Shown here: positions 1 through 12,921 of the stretch, one piece after another
How positions within the stretch are numbered: the stretch's first letter is position 1
Layout: each line of letters starts with the position of its first letter
DNA from: Podarcis cretensis
Lineage: Eukaryota
Reading direction: 5' to 3'
NCBI GenBank assembly: GCA_951804945.1
Contig: OX638153.1
Coordinates: 45,446,001 to 45,510,000 of the forward strand
Length of the DNA: 64,000 nt
Program-made: the position numbers and the translations under genes
Notes under the pieces: model-generated
The model's database searches: none
The model's input: the letters and a program-made list of their open reading frames with translations, nothing else
Told to the model about the DNA's origin: nothing

Positions 1-46
1 TTGTTTCCTAATTGCAGTGTTGTTTTGTTTCTTCCCTCTTTTTCAG

Positions 47-412
47 AATTGTCAGACTTTTAACAGCCTTAGCTGCCTTAGCATCACAGCGGATGATTGC
101 TCTCAACAGAATCAGTTCTCACCTGGCATCGGCGGCACCAAGTCATGGACAACAGCATCCCTTTGCACCTTGGACGTCATGCCAGGCAGGACACCAGCCT
201 GCACCCCTGTGCCAGAGCCACACTCAAACGCAGAAGAATGTAAATCTAGCAAAGAAGATTTCTCCTACGAGGAATCAGAGTTTTGTGCCACAGAAGACGA
301 GAGCAGTAGGAAAGAAGAGGACAACTCCTCATGGAGGAACAGTGGGACAGGAGGGGATAACATCTTTCAGTTGGATGGCGAATTAGATATTGAGCAGATA
401 GAAAACAACTGA
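47..412 (+). CDS. FAM53B: FAM53B (Simplet), last coding exon, 121 aa + stop
   Basis: Polypyrimidine tract and acceptor (ccctctttttcag|AAT) at 46/47, phase 0. Translation NCQTFNSLSCLS...GRTPACTPVPEP...WRNSGTGGDNIFQLDGELDIEQIENN* matches the FAM53B C-terminus as I recall it (human ...GRTPAGTPVPEP...LDGELDIEQIEKN). The tail-to-tail arrangement with LHPP matches human synteny. Confidence 0.95.
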   Translation, partial: NCQTFNSLSCLSITADDCSQQNQFSPGIGGTKSWTTASLCTLDVMPGRTPACTPVPEPHSNAEECKSSKEDFSYEESEFCATEDESSRKEEDNSSWRNSGTGGDNIFQLDGELDIEQIENN

Positions 413-2166
413 GAAGACAAAGTGGGATGATCTGTCTGCATCAAACCTTTTAGGAGTGGTAAGATCACACAGGTTGTCAATGCAGGCAGGAAAGAAAGTC
501 CACATTTTTCTTCCCCACTGAAGGGTGGGAGAGGACAAGAAGCTTTGCCAAAATTTCATCAGGTATCTTGTTAAACCTTGAAACTCTTTTAGAACTACTG
601 TAGCCCGTGAGGTTTTGCAAACATACTTTAGAGAAAACCTCCAAATTATATCAGCACATTAAAAAACAAAAAGCTTTGTGGATGAATCAAAACTTGAAAT
701 TGTGGAATGTTAGAATAATAGCAACTAAAATGTTTTTTTTTAAGTGTCTGGAACAGGGCTTAAACAAAAAGAAAGGAAAGACCAGAAAGTCTGTTGCTTG
801 GCTTCATTCACAAATAGGCAATGTCAATATCTAGACAGGCAGCTGGTTCATCCTGGTTCATGGGAATCCTGATCCACTTTGGCTTTTGGAAAAGAGTAGA
901 ATATTCATTTTTTTATTTTTGCTGTTGGACAATATTCATTGTAAACTGCACCTCAGATATCCTTATTAAAGGGAATGGGGAAGGTGGAGATTAGCATTGT
1001 TCTCTGAATTCATCTTCTGTTGGATTATCTTTCAGGTTGCCTATCTGATAAGATTCTACAAGGTCTCACAAGCTTGACTTTCCAGTCCTTGCCGTAGAAT
1101 CACAGTAGCCTTTTACAGTCTGCTTGCTTCATTTTTTATTCTGTAGTCATCAAGAACGCCATTCAAAGAGAGCACACACAGTTTGCCCTGATCCAGTACA
1201 ACAAGTCATAAGCAGGTTTCCAGCCAAGGCAGGTATATATGAGCATTTGGACACACATTCTCATCAGTGCTCATTTGGTCCATGTTGGACCGACTGGATG
1301 CATAACCTCCTTTGGGCCCTTTTCCTTTGTACCTTGCAACTGCAGCTGGATTTCAGGCCATTGTCTTGAGGAGAGGAACATACAAAACATTTGTGCATCC
1401 AGAAATTTAAATAAATGCCAAAGCTAAATTGGCAGTGCTATATCCATAAGGCTAAACTGGTGTTTTGGTTCTATGGTATAAATGCACAAGGATCAGAAGA
1501 GTTAGTGAATAATGGAGGTTGCTGAGATTAGGGCTTGGCATCTTAAAATGATTATAAATTCTTTGATTATTATTTTCTGGAGTGGATAACATATAGTCTC
1601 TTAACTGCATTTTGTACAGCTTGTCACCATCAACAGAACTGATATTAATGGCATGCCACATTCATCAGCAGAAAGAATGGAAGATAACAACTTGTTTTGC
1701 ATGTACAGCATCACTTTGGAATTGTTTTCATCTCCTAGGACTAAAAAAAGGCAAAATAGCAATAATAGGGTGTTGAGTTTTCTCTTGGTCTAGTTTTCCT
1801 TTTACAACATACACTGGATATGTCTGCAGTAGCAGAATTATAGGTTCAGCTGTCAAGCTAAACCATGGGTTGGCATAATGCAAGCAAGCCCTGGCCTTCA
1901 TGCTCCCCTCCATCATGCCATTCTGCATTGCCTCTTTTGCCCCCAAACCAGTTTACTGTTACATCCAAACCACTAGACTATGGTTGCATCTGCCCTCCAA
2001 ACTAGACCAATAATGATCAAACTGTAGTTTGCAGCTGCGATATGGTCACAGAATCATGGTTTGCAGGTTTGAATATAATAGCGCATTATGCTTTTGTCCA
2101 TAAAAAGGGGAATGGAATCAGAGCAGGGGAGAAGAGGTGGGTGTGCAAGCCTGAAGCTTGGTAATA

Positions 2167-2374
2167 CAGTGGATGCTCGGGTTGCGAACGTGATCCGTGC
2201 GGGAGTCACATTCGCAACCCGCAGTGCCGCTTCTGCGCACAAGTGCGTTGTGATTCGGCGCTTCTGTGCATGTGCCGAAACCCGGAAGTAACCCGTTCCG
2301 TTACTTCTGGGTTTGGCGTGGTGTGCAACCCGAAATCACGCAACCTGAAGCGTCAGTAACCTGAGGTATGACTG
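2167..2374. mobile_element. Tc1/mariner (Tigger/pogo-like) non-autonomous MITE in the FAM53B 3' UTR
   Basis: TA|CAGTGGATGCTCGG ... CTGAGGTATGACTG|TA: imperfect TIRs, TA duplication, internal palindromes, CpG-rich. Confidence 0.8.
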
Positions 2375-5300
2375 TACATGTGAACTGAGCCATTCTGACA
2401 TTTCAGCAAGGTCAGCAGCGATCATAAAATTGATCATGTAAATGATGTCAAATAAGCAAGATAAGTGAAGAGTTCTAGATCGTATGAGTGGCCAGATTCA
2501 ATCTGGAATCAATCACAGGACTTTAGTAAACAGATATAGGGAAGTTTCCCTGACATATTTCTTAGACATACAAGCAATACTTATACGGTGTGTCTTGGGG
2601 TTATTTTAGCTATGTGAGTTACATAGGACCTGTCTTTTGGATGACAATGCTGATACAAAATACAGTTTGAGATGCTGATGTTCAGGTAGCAACACTCCAG
2701 AGTTACCTTCCACCTCTCTCATTGATAGTGGTAAACAATAAGCTTTACACTTTAGCAAGCATAACTCAGTTAAATAAGCTGTTCACTTATCTACATGAAA
2801 CCAATGTTTTGTTTACCTATAGCAGGCAGAGGGGAGAGGACAATAGAGATGACATTTTTAATGACAATGACACCCTACTTTTTTTTACTGCACTTTTCTC
2901 TGCAGTGGTGCAGATGTTTATGGCATCCAACACCACAGTAGATTCCATCCAAGCTTTAGATTTACAAATGTCCAGTCAAACTGCACAAATTTCTGTTGTT
3001 GCTATGTTGATTTTTGCTATTTTCTCCCTATCAGATGCTCACATAATGTGCAAGCCAAAAAAAAGATAATAAACTAATGATAGTAAAGTAGGGCGAGGAT
3101 TGCTTTAATTCTGAACGTCCTGTATTATACAGTTTGATGCCATTCAAGAACCTGGTGAACATACCTATGAGCCCTGTGCTTCCCAAGCTCTCAGTTTGTT
3201 GTGTGCATGCCAAGTTAACATGCACTGCTGGTTTCAGCAATTGACAGAACAGGTGCTCAGCACAGTGACAAGCAGATCTCCCCAGGTTTCGTTTGGAATG
3301 GACTTTCCAAAATGATCTAAATTTGGCTCAGATTCAAGCCTGAATTTTTACACTCAGGCCCATTAATATCTCAGTGTCCTCTTAGTAATGCCATCAGGGG
3401 TGTGATAAAACTTGGAACCAGGCTCCCTTCTTCCATTTCCCTTTGCAAACCTTCTTGTTGCCTATTTTCTCTGCCCCTTCCTCCTTGTGGTGGCTGTTGC
3501 CTTAATTACATGGCAGGAACATGTTGGGCCCAGGGAATTAAAGACTGGGAAACTGCAGTTCCCAGGACTTGTAGCAGTCAGGATGCTTCTGTGAGCATGC
3601 TCACGTGTATCCTGGGTGGCCAAGGTGCCTAAAAATGGCAGCTCCCCAGCTTCTTGTAGTTTCCAATCTCCACAGTGCTGTTGTTGCCTAATGAATACAG
3701 CCACCCTTCGTGTCATTGCTTATTTCTACAGTAGAAGACAGGAGGTTGTGGTGGAAGGAAGGCTGGTGCTGGTGAGCTCAGACGGAAGCTGGCAGAGATT
3801 TGGGTTTCGCTTGTAGGATGCTTGGTAATTTTGGACTGGGGAAGTTCACACCTTGAACTCTCTAGTTCAAAACTTCATGCATTTCACTATTGTGGATTGC
3901 TGAGACTGCCACCTCCTGATCAGAAGAAGGCTTGTTGGACATGTTGAAGGGGGATTTTCCCATAGACTCACCACACACTGAAAGGGGATTCTTTACCTTC
4001 TAAATTTCTCTATGCTACAAAACGATATTAAGGCACACCCAAGCTTTCTCTGCCTCAGGAGCTGAAAGCTTTTTAGTTTGACCATATGGGTATTGCTGCC
4101 CTCCATGAGAAAGCAAATGCCCATCTTTGGAGCTACCCCAGCATAGTAGAGAGGGAATAGGGTAGGGTGTTGTGCTGCGATGAGCAGCAGATGAGTTGGA
4201 GAGTATCACAGTATTGGTTTGAAATTGGTGAGATGTGTGACACAATGATCCCCTGCCATTTACCATTATGGGTTGCTTGCAGTTGATACTGAGGGCTGAT
4301 CTCTTCCATCCATCTAACAGTTCAGATGGACACGTTCTGTATTACGTTTTTGCCCATAGTAAAATGAGCACCTAAGCATTTCACCAATAAAGCAAGATCA
4401 CTGCTGGGTTCATGTTGAACAGAAAAATGAAATCTCACTCATCTATGCCTATGAATGCCAATAGTCTGAGTTTAGTGGTTAAACGCTCAGGTCATCATGG
4501 GCAAAAGCATCCAGGCAAGCTAACCAGCTCATGTGAATCAGTCCTCAGTAACCATCACAATCACAGCATTGTCTATAGGGTATACAGGGACAGTCTGAAA
4601 GCATACTGGATGTGCAGGAATGAAACCCATGTACACAGTTTAAAAACAAGTGTTTGTTTAATCATGTCAAAAGGACAGAAGCAAAAATTATTCAGTCAAT
4701 TTTGCATGCTTTGAATCGTAGTAGAATTGATGGGCTATCTGGACGTGTTCAAATGAGATCTGTTCCAAGGTACTAGAATAATCCATGAGTCCAATATGGT
4801 ACAGTCATGTTGGAGCAGTCTATTGTTTAAGGAGGCACAGAGATTCTGTGGCACATAGGGCTGCTGACCGTTTTATGCATGATGTAAGAGCCATATTGTC
4901 TTCATTGGCCCTTCTGAATCTCATCCTGCAAAGAAAGTGCTCTTTGTCTGCCTTTTCCCAGTTACTTTTCTCTTTTCAAACTCACTGGGTTGTATCCAAG
5001 AAAGTTGTTCCACTTCCTGCAGAGTAGAGCTACCCCTGCCTCTCCTCCCCCTGTGAAGCCTCAAAATTGGGGTTTCCCCCCAACCCTCTGGAGCAAATTT
5101 GAATAAGGGGGAAGAAAGTTCTGTGCTAACAGATCAATTTCATCGGATAAAGCCAAGGTATGTGGCCCTGAATCATTGTAATGCAGCACTGCACCAACTG
5201 TTTTGTCAAGATAGTTGTAGACACTGGGTTGGATCCGGACTAAGCTTACATTGGGGTAAGTCTTATTGAGCTCTGGGACTTACTTCTGAGTAGATATGCA

Positions 5301-5630
5301 TAGGATTGTGTAAATTGGCTGAAATTATTTCTCACTGAAATCAATGGGATAGGATTATCATGAATTAAGTCCAAAGTATTTCAAAGGGGACTCAGTTCCA
5401 CTCACTTAGTCTGCATCCAGCTCTCTCTCTTTCAATTTGTTTCATGCACCTGGTGTGACAAAACATACCCCAGCATGATTTGATCAGAGATCTCCCTAAA
5501 TCTCAGTCTGTTATCATCGCCCAAGCACACTTTTCTTTAACTTAACCCTCTTATAGTTGAAGTAACTGTTCCTCACTGTGACATCTAAATGTGGGCTCAC
5601 CAGCACAGAGGACATCTTGTGTCACCGTAT

Positions 5631-5701
5631 TGTTTCCTGCTTGGCAGGGGGTTGGACTCGATGGCCCTTGTGGTCTCTTCCAACTCTATGATTCTATGAT
5701 T
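5631..5701 (+). mobile_element. CR1 LINE extreme 3' fragment (young)
   Basis: gggggttggactcgatggcccttgtggtctcttccaactctatgattctatgatt: CR1 3' UTR with (ATTCTATG)n tail. Matches the copies at 28896 and 59320. Confidence 0.85.
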
Positions 5702-7199
5702 ACACTTCTTGAGACAGCATTATCAGTTCTTTTATGGCTAGCATGACACTTCAATTTTACCTTTAGTGCTACAGGGATGACATTTCTGATTTTGGACTAA
5801 ACTCGTAAGGGCTTTAAGAAACAAAAAAAAAGGGCTGCTACCTACAACAAGCTAAATAAATACACAGAGTAGGAAAGTGCCCCCAAAGGACCACTACCCA
5901 ACTCTTCTAGCTGCAGTGTAGCGTTTACATGGCAGCAAACTCTCTTTGCCTTAGTAAAGATGCTTCGCTGCATTATGGCCTTACAATGGGCATAGCAGCA
6001 TAGACACAACATACTGTTTGACTGAGGTTAGGCCAAGGTGGCATTTCATTGGATGGTATTGGTTTTGGTTTTGTATGATTTATGTACTGAAACTGAGTTT
6101 TTAAAAGCCTTACTTTTTAAAAATAGAAATAAAACTTTGTGGATTTATGAATGTGTGTGCGTGTGTGTATGTACAGACACACATACACACAAAGGTAAAT
6201 ATCTGAAATCTAGTATGTGTCTCGTGATCAGGGACATCCTCTTGACTGTGTTACTTTTCATAAAACGAGAAGCTCAGCTGGATCACCAGTTGTCCACATA
6301 AGCTGAAAAGTCACTGGTTGCCTCTGCTAGGTATTCCCAGGCTCCTGCTGGGTTTGTTCAATACTACACAGGTCACTTGGATCAGCTCTCACAGCATAGT
6401 CCTGCCAGGTGGATTCAAGAATCTGTTACTGATGTTCTCTGTACTTTTATTTGTTAAGTACTAAAGTCAGATCAGCCGGGAGATAGGCAATAGCTTGTTT
6501 ATAACACAGATCGAGCAATCTGGACTTGGATATTTCATGACAGCAGCAATAAATGTTAAGAGTTTCCCTTTTTTAAAAAACAAACAAACAGTATTTCAGA
6601 TGCAACATTTTTAGAGGATTTTATTCAATGAATTAGCACTGGTGAACCTGATTCCTTTGTATCTATTGCCATCACCCTTTGGGAAAGGGTTTCATGAAAT
6701 CTTAAGATCACACAATGAAGATTGAATGAACAAAGGCAGAAAGGACATATTTCTGGTTTTGATTGTAATTTTTCACAAGGTAGCCTATCCTCTTGGCCAA
6801 TAACATTGTGTTTCAAGTGCATTTTTAGATAGTTCTTACGGAACAGGACAAGATGAATTTTTTAGGGTTGTAGCAGTGTTTTCCAGCATTTGTTTTTAAT
6901 GTTTAAGAATCAAAAGATGATGATGGCCAAAAAGCCTTTGGAAAACCATGAACTCTGATAGTGCGTGTGTGTACGTGTGTCTTTCTTTCTGTCCATGGTA
7001 ATTGCACAGATGCAAACATATTGATATGTATACGAAGTCAGCTCTGTAGTTGGTGTTACGTTTGTTCAAAATCTATTACTGAAGACTGTTCCTTGACCTG
7101 AAAATTAAGAAAGACTGCTGATTTGTACTCTCTCAAATGACTTTATTGCACTATAGAGCAGCTCAGTCTCAGGAATTTACTTGTTACTTTGACTATGTA

Positions 7200-7205
7200 A
7201 ATAAA
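7200..7205 (+). terminator. Candidate distal polyadenylation signal of FAM53B
   Basis: AATAAA with upstream TGTA elements and downstream ctctttgcttgtgccttgtc. Confidence 0.6.
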
Positions 7206-8774
7206 GCTTTCTGATTCTGTACCCAGCGACCCAGCGCTGCTCTTTGCTTGTGCCTTGTCACAAATTCCTTGACTTCTCTAATTCCTTGACTTCTCTCTGG
7301 CTTAGTTCTCTCAAACAATTCAGGTGTCAAAGTTGTGTTCAAGATGTACTGCTTCAGTTGTTAGTTTTGGGTGTGTTCGGCACGTAACTGAATGCTTTTC
7401 TATGTGGAAACCATCTCTGCATGTAGAAAACTAGCTGTCAGGGGGAATTCTTGACCAGAATCCTTTCTCTCTTTCCCTGACCCCATTGTTTTCAACGAGC
7501 GAAGTATGGTTCTAAGAGAATTGCACCTTATGATCTATATCTGAAGTTCAATTCTCAGCTTAAGGTCATCAGGTGATGGATATGCAGGTATGAATTAACC
7601 TTTGGACTCTTCCATCACGAGGGAAATCTGTATACAAATAAGAGAGGTATTGAGTTCAGTGGATTCTCTGAGCCCCGCAATGCATTAGTCCATGGTTATT
7701 CTGCCTGTGCAAGCCATTCTTTCCATGTTGAAAGACAGAAGGTCATTGGAGTCCTCAAACAGCATAGAAACATGTTAAAAACAAATACAGTTCTTAGTTC
7801 CGCCCCCAAAACAGTTATTTGTGAAAATAATTCAATGTAGTTAAAAAGCTAGACCGGCCCACCAAAATGAAAAATCTCACCTCACTCTCACAGATGCCGG
7901 CTTGGTTTCACTTTTTAAAAAATAAATCAGCATGTGCTTTTAAAAAAAGCATGACTGATCCAAATAAAGATTAGAATACAATATTAGGAACCGGATGCTA
8001 AAAATAAACTAGCAAGTTCAAGATTGTGCCCCTTGGCAATTAAATGTGCTGCTTATGATGAACTTAGGGCTACTGCAGTAGTCAAGTGGGTCTGGGTCTC
8101 TACCCCTAATCAAAATCTCAAGGGGCAATGAAAGGGAATGAATGTATAATATAGATACTACAGTTTGTATAGATACTACAGTTGTGCATCTTTTGTATTG
8201 GGAAGGGTGCAGGAATGACCATAGACAAACACTTGGGTAAGGGTGGAGACAAACACTTGGAAAAGGGGTATAGAAAATTAAAGGACATATTTATGTACCA
8301 GCTGCCACCATGGTGGGAAAATTGGGAGCTAATATTATACTACTACTAAATGTGAATGGGGGCTTCCAGCTAGAGGTTTATTGTGGGATGGGTGCTCTCA
8401 TGCATGCAAGTGTTTTCCATTGTGCACATAATGTTATCAAAATGGCCAATTTCCTCTTTAACTAAAAGTACCTCATACCTCGTACCTCTGTTGTCATCAG
8501 TGGTGCGGAAGCTTGTTAATGCATTATTTGGAGAGGCAGGGGGTATGGTTTGGAATGTGTGATGTTTTGGTGGGTGGACCCTATTACCACACCTCTGCTT
8601 CTGTTTACTTCTCACCTGAACACAGCCAAACCATTTAGTTTCCATTAACCCAAATGACACAAGTTTTGCTTATTTCCACAAACTGCTGCATGCTGAAGGC
8701 ATGCTGGGAATTCAGCAACCCAGTGCTGAGGAGCTATGATATTGACACATATAGGGGATTTACTTGGAGTGGTA

Positions 8775-8925
8775 NNNNNNNNNNNNNNNNNNNNNNNNNN
8801 NNNNNNNNNNNNNNNNNNNNNNNNNNNNNNNNNNNNNNNNNNNNNNNNNNNNNNNNNNNNNNNNNNNNNNNNNNNNNNNNNNNNNNNNNNNNNNNNNNNN
8901 NNNNNNNNNNNNNNNNNNNNNNNNN
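8775..8925. other. Assembly gap (151 N)
   Basis: Run of N. ORFs spanning it are artefacts. Confidence 1.
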
Positions 8926-9424
8926 AGGACCTTTGCACCAGAATTATTAAAACACCAGAACTGTGGTTTAGCTAAAAATCAGCCTTGTGCAAGAACTTTG
9001 TGTTATTTTTTAAACAAAATAGCAGCAAATGGAAATAGATATTCCCCACTCCCACCCCCAAGATAATTTGGGGCCAGTAACATTGCTCTTATGTGCTTTG
9101 TGTCAGGGCAAAATTGTTTTAACCATGTATGTGCACAGGTACAAAAAAATACCTGCAGGCACAGCCAGAATGAGAAAAGGTAGCGGAAGGTGGGGAGGTA
9201 AGGGCTGAAGTGAGTGGACAGAAAGCATAGAACAGAAATATTCCATCATGGACCACTCCCTGGTGTGAGTGGGAAGCAGCACAATACCTAAGAATAATCT
9301 AAGATGGAAAAGGGAAGTGTGTGGACAGCTGAGTACCAATCCTGAAAAACTGGAACTGAACTATCATTTTGTGTGAGTAACCCCCTGCCTGGAAGCCCCA
9401 CTCTCCAAACTCTCTTAGGACATG

Positions 9425-9525
9425 ATGTAAGAAAAGCCTTCTACATGAGGTCAATAGCCCATTCAGTCCAGCATCCTGTTCTCACAGTGGCCAAGAATCT
9501 CACAGGCAGGACCCAAACACACCCT
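9425..9525 (-). mobile_element. Degenerate CR1 3' fragment
   Basis: cccattcagtccagcatcctgttctcacagtggcc resembles the CR1 tail at 30447-30560. Confidence 0.55.
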
Positions 9526-10380
9526 ACTTACATCCTCTTCTATCACTATGATGCCCCATGATGGGATTGCCACCCCTCTCTCCATAACTGGTGTATGAAA
9601 AACCAAGGACACTTTTATGAAACATGGGAACTGGCGGCTCTTGACAAGTGCCCAAGTTCAGACTTGATGGAAGGACTATTAATTCATGGAGGCCAAATAG
9701 CAGCCCATGACACAATGAGATACTCATTTAGGAGGTGGCAAATGTATTAATATTCAGTTATTAAAGAATTTGAAGGGGATGCGGGGAGTGAAATGTGTTC
9801 CTTTCGACTCAAACTTCAGCACCATTCATTCCCAAAGCACCCAGCAAAAGACTTAAGCCCTCCTCATAACGCAATACTGTATGGACAGTCTATAGGTACA
9901 TTCAGGCTTTTCAACTAAGCCCAAAACTCTCAGGTCTACAGCAAACATTTTAACCTCTAGAGCCTCAGCTTGTAATAACACACATTTAGCACTAGCTGTT
10001 TCCAGGGCATAAGCAAGAGGAATGATGGAGGCCAAGGCACGGCTGGTATTCTCTAGCAGAATGACTGAAGGGATGCATCGCCAGCATCTGCGGCATCTGC
10101 ATTGTCTAGAATCAGGGCTGGAAACTTCTTGCTTATCATCACTGCCCTGGCCTGTCTGGTGCTCTTCAACAAAAACAGCAGCACCCTGATCTGCTTCCTC
10201 CTAATATGCACCAAGTGAGTGGCTGCTTAATTCCTGCTCTGCATAAGAAGACGGAATCATTTTACATTGGGCAGGCTGTGGTCATCTCTACCGGGCAATG
10301 GCAATTTGCTGCCTTTGCAAGGTGCTGTTTTTAAATTCCCTTCCTCATACCAGGACTTGTGAAGTGGGTAGAATCCAACT

Positions 10381-10572
10381 AAGGCCCCATCTGTGCTATA
10401 GATCGAAAGCAGTGTCATCCCACTTCAAAGTCATGACTTCCCCCAAAGAATCCTGGGAACTGCAGTTTGTTATGAGTGCTGATAGTTCTTAGAAGATCCC
10501 CTATTCCCTTCACAGAGCTACAATTCTCATGGTTCCCTGGGAAGAGGGATTGACTGCTAAACCACTCTGGGT
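10381..10572. mobile_element. Squamate interspersed repeat (DNA-transposon-like), related copy at about 57570-57735
   Basis: Shares ttcccccaaagaatcctgggaactg.agt.tgt with 57604-57637. Confidence 0.6.
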
Positions 10573-12687
10573 TTGTGGTGACAAGGCAGCAGCCTTGGGC
10601 AAATGCTAAAGCCCTGTGGCTAAAAGTCAGACTTTGATTGACTGGATCTTCAATGGACTATTTAGAATACCACCCACCTTCTGCCACAAAAGTAGCAGAC
10701 AAATAGAGAGACAAACAAGAGGAAATGTTCCCAGTTAAGAAATCCAAACTGAATTATCCAGTAATGGCTTACTTTCACTGAGTGAAAAAGAGTAGGAACT
10801 CTTCTCTGTGCTGGTACTTTTGGGGGTTCTTTTTTATTTTGTGAGAGGACAGCTTAGGTAAACTGGTCCCCAGTGCTAGCAACATTAAAATATATTATTT
10901 GTCCATTAATAGGCATCTCTAAGTTCTGTTCCTTTCTCCCTTTCCAGCTACTCTACCCCATTCACCCTCCCACTCAGTGGTCCATCTTTTTCCTCTCAGT
11001 CTCTACATTCTGTGCTATTGAGCCCTTACAGTACTGTTTCTGGGATCCCTGTGCCCCCCCCCCCATTTTTTCTTTGTACTTCTGCATACCTCAGGGTTCC
11101 ACCTATACATCTTAATTCTGTGTGTGTTTTGCCACTACGTAATGGCAGGCACTTCTGGACAGAATGTGTCCAGGCACTCTACCCCAAAGTCCAGAAATGG
11201 AATATACGGCAATATATTTTGGCAATTTACTGGCTAACAGATGCACAGCTTTCATCATATCCTGAGGGAGAATTTAACAGGCCAGTTGTGTGCTGTATGA
11301 ACAAAACAAAACACCTGTTTGTGGTAACCTTTGGTTCTTGTATTACACAGAATCCTTACCAGTTTCTGCCCTTTCTCCCATTTGGAACTTTCAAGTTATC
11401 CTGTACCTCACTCTTAGCTGTCTGCAGCTGAGGCTAGCAGGCAAAGAATCTATTGCTACCCACCCGCCCATAAAAGTTCTGGTGCAAAAATAAATCCTTC
11501 CCCTCGCAGGTCCAACTTCATTCCACAGGGGAAGGAGGAGGGGTCTGAAAAAAAGAACAGAATAAAAATATCCTTGGCAAAGAGAAAGATGGAAAACACA
11601 TTTAAGAAGCCTTGAAACATCAAAAATATCTGTGTGCAAATAGCTCCAGGAACATTAAGAAAATGTGCAGATGTTTGAGTGAACTCTCACATTGGGTGGC
11701 GAGTGTTGCCAAAAACGGATCTGATAGCACACAGAATAATCAGATCATCTTCTTTTCATTTGCATCTGTTAATATTGTGCTCTCAAAGGTCTTATTTATC
11801 CTCCAGTTCTACCGATGTACCCGATACAGTACTGCTCAAGTTAAGAAAATGGTTTATAAACAAGCAATCCAAACAAAAGCTGAATGGAACAGGCACTCAT
11901 TGGATCTGAAAATCCCACCTAAATCAGCTCCATGATGATCCTATCTAGGATTATTTTCTACCATTTGCATCCATTAAATGCATTGTAAATACACATGAAG
12001 CTAGTAAATGCACCATGGACCATTTCCCCTCCCTGCTTGGCCACTCCCCATGGCACTGTCCCCAGAGGATGTCAATTTTAAAATAAACTGCAGGTTATGG
12101 AAGTGTAGAGATCTCTAGGTAAGTCAGTTCTACTGCTTCATAAAATTTGACAGTGCAGTACAGAATGAAGAGTCCTTCTAAAACAGCAGCTCTAACCATA
12201 CAAAAATGCTCAGTACAGAAGCCTAGCACAGGCCAAACAGTTCACAACAGCTTTTGTTTAGAGACAGCAGGGACAAGGGAACAAAGGACAAAGGGCAGGG
12301 GTGGACAGGCAGTGGCCTGGCTGGGAGGTTAGCAGGCACTGCGACAGGTCAACTTCCTTACATCGAGTGCACTATAAAAGTATAGCATGATTATTTAGTC
12401 ATGCTCAGTCGCCACAACAAACTGATGCACATTCAGACACCTAGTAATAGGTTGCAACAAACCATTTGTTCATTTGTCAGTGGCCACAGTTGGGGGAAGT
12501 ATGGCTCCGAATACCAGCTGCTGGGAATCACGTGGGAAGAGCTCAAGTCCTGTTTATGGGTTTCCCATAATGTTCTAGAGCCTAATAATGACACCCACAG
12601 ATCACTCAATCTAGAACACAGGTATAGTTCTCACTGAAGTGGTAAACCTATGCCTGAGCCCTCCAGCCATGACTGTTCTTCTATATA

Positions 12688-12921
12688 CAGTGGTACCTCA
12701 GGTTAAGAACTTAATTAGTTCTGGAGGTCCGTTCTTAACCTGAAACTGTTCTTAACCTGAAGTACCAGTTTAGCTAATGGGGCCTCCTGCTGCCGCTGCT
12801 GCACGATTTCTGTTCTCATCCTGAAGCAAAGTTCTTAACCCAAGGTAATACTTCTGGGTTAGCAGAGTCTGTAACCTGAAGCGTATGTAACCTGAAGCAT
12901 ATGTAACCCGAGGTACCACTG
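12688..12921. mobile_element. Tigger/pogo-like MITE
   Basis: TA|CAGTGGTACCTCAGGTT ... AACCCGAGGTACCACTG|TA. Same family as 25477-25688. Confidence 0.92.

Larger units (their letters stand above)
413..7225 (+). other. FAM53B: Probable long 3' UTR of FAM53B
   Basis: Follows the stop codon. The AU-rich, TE-poor distal part (about 5800-7200) ends in AATAAA at 7200-7205 followed by U/GU-rich sequence. Earlier AATAAA hexamers exist (e.g. near 6130 and 6550), so the end point is inferred. Confidence 0.6.

Noticed and set aside
12-386. 124-aa ORF overlapping the FAM53B exon in another frame
   Set aside because: It starts in the intron at a non-ATG codon and has no recognisable product, so it is a shadow of the real exon.
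8645-9066. ORFs containing X runs
   Set aside because: They span the N gap.
9853-10140. Open frame of about 95 codons on - between the two genes
   Set aside because: No upstream ATG start or splice framework and no recognisable homology.
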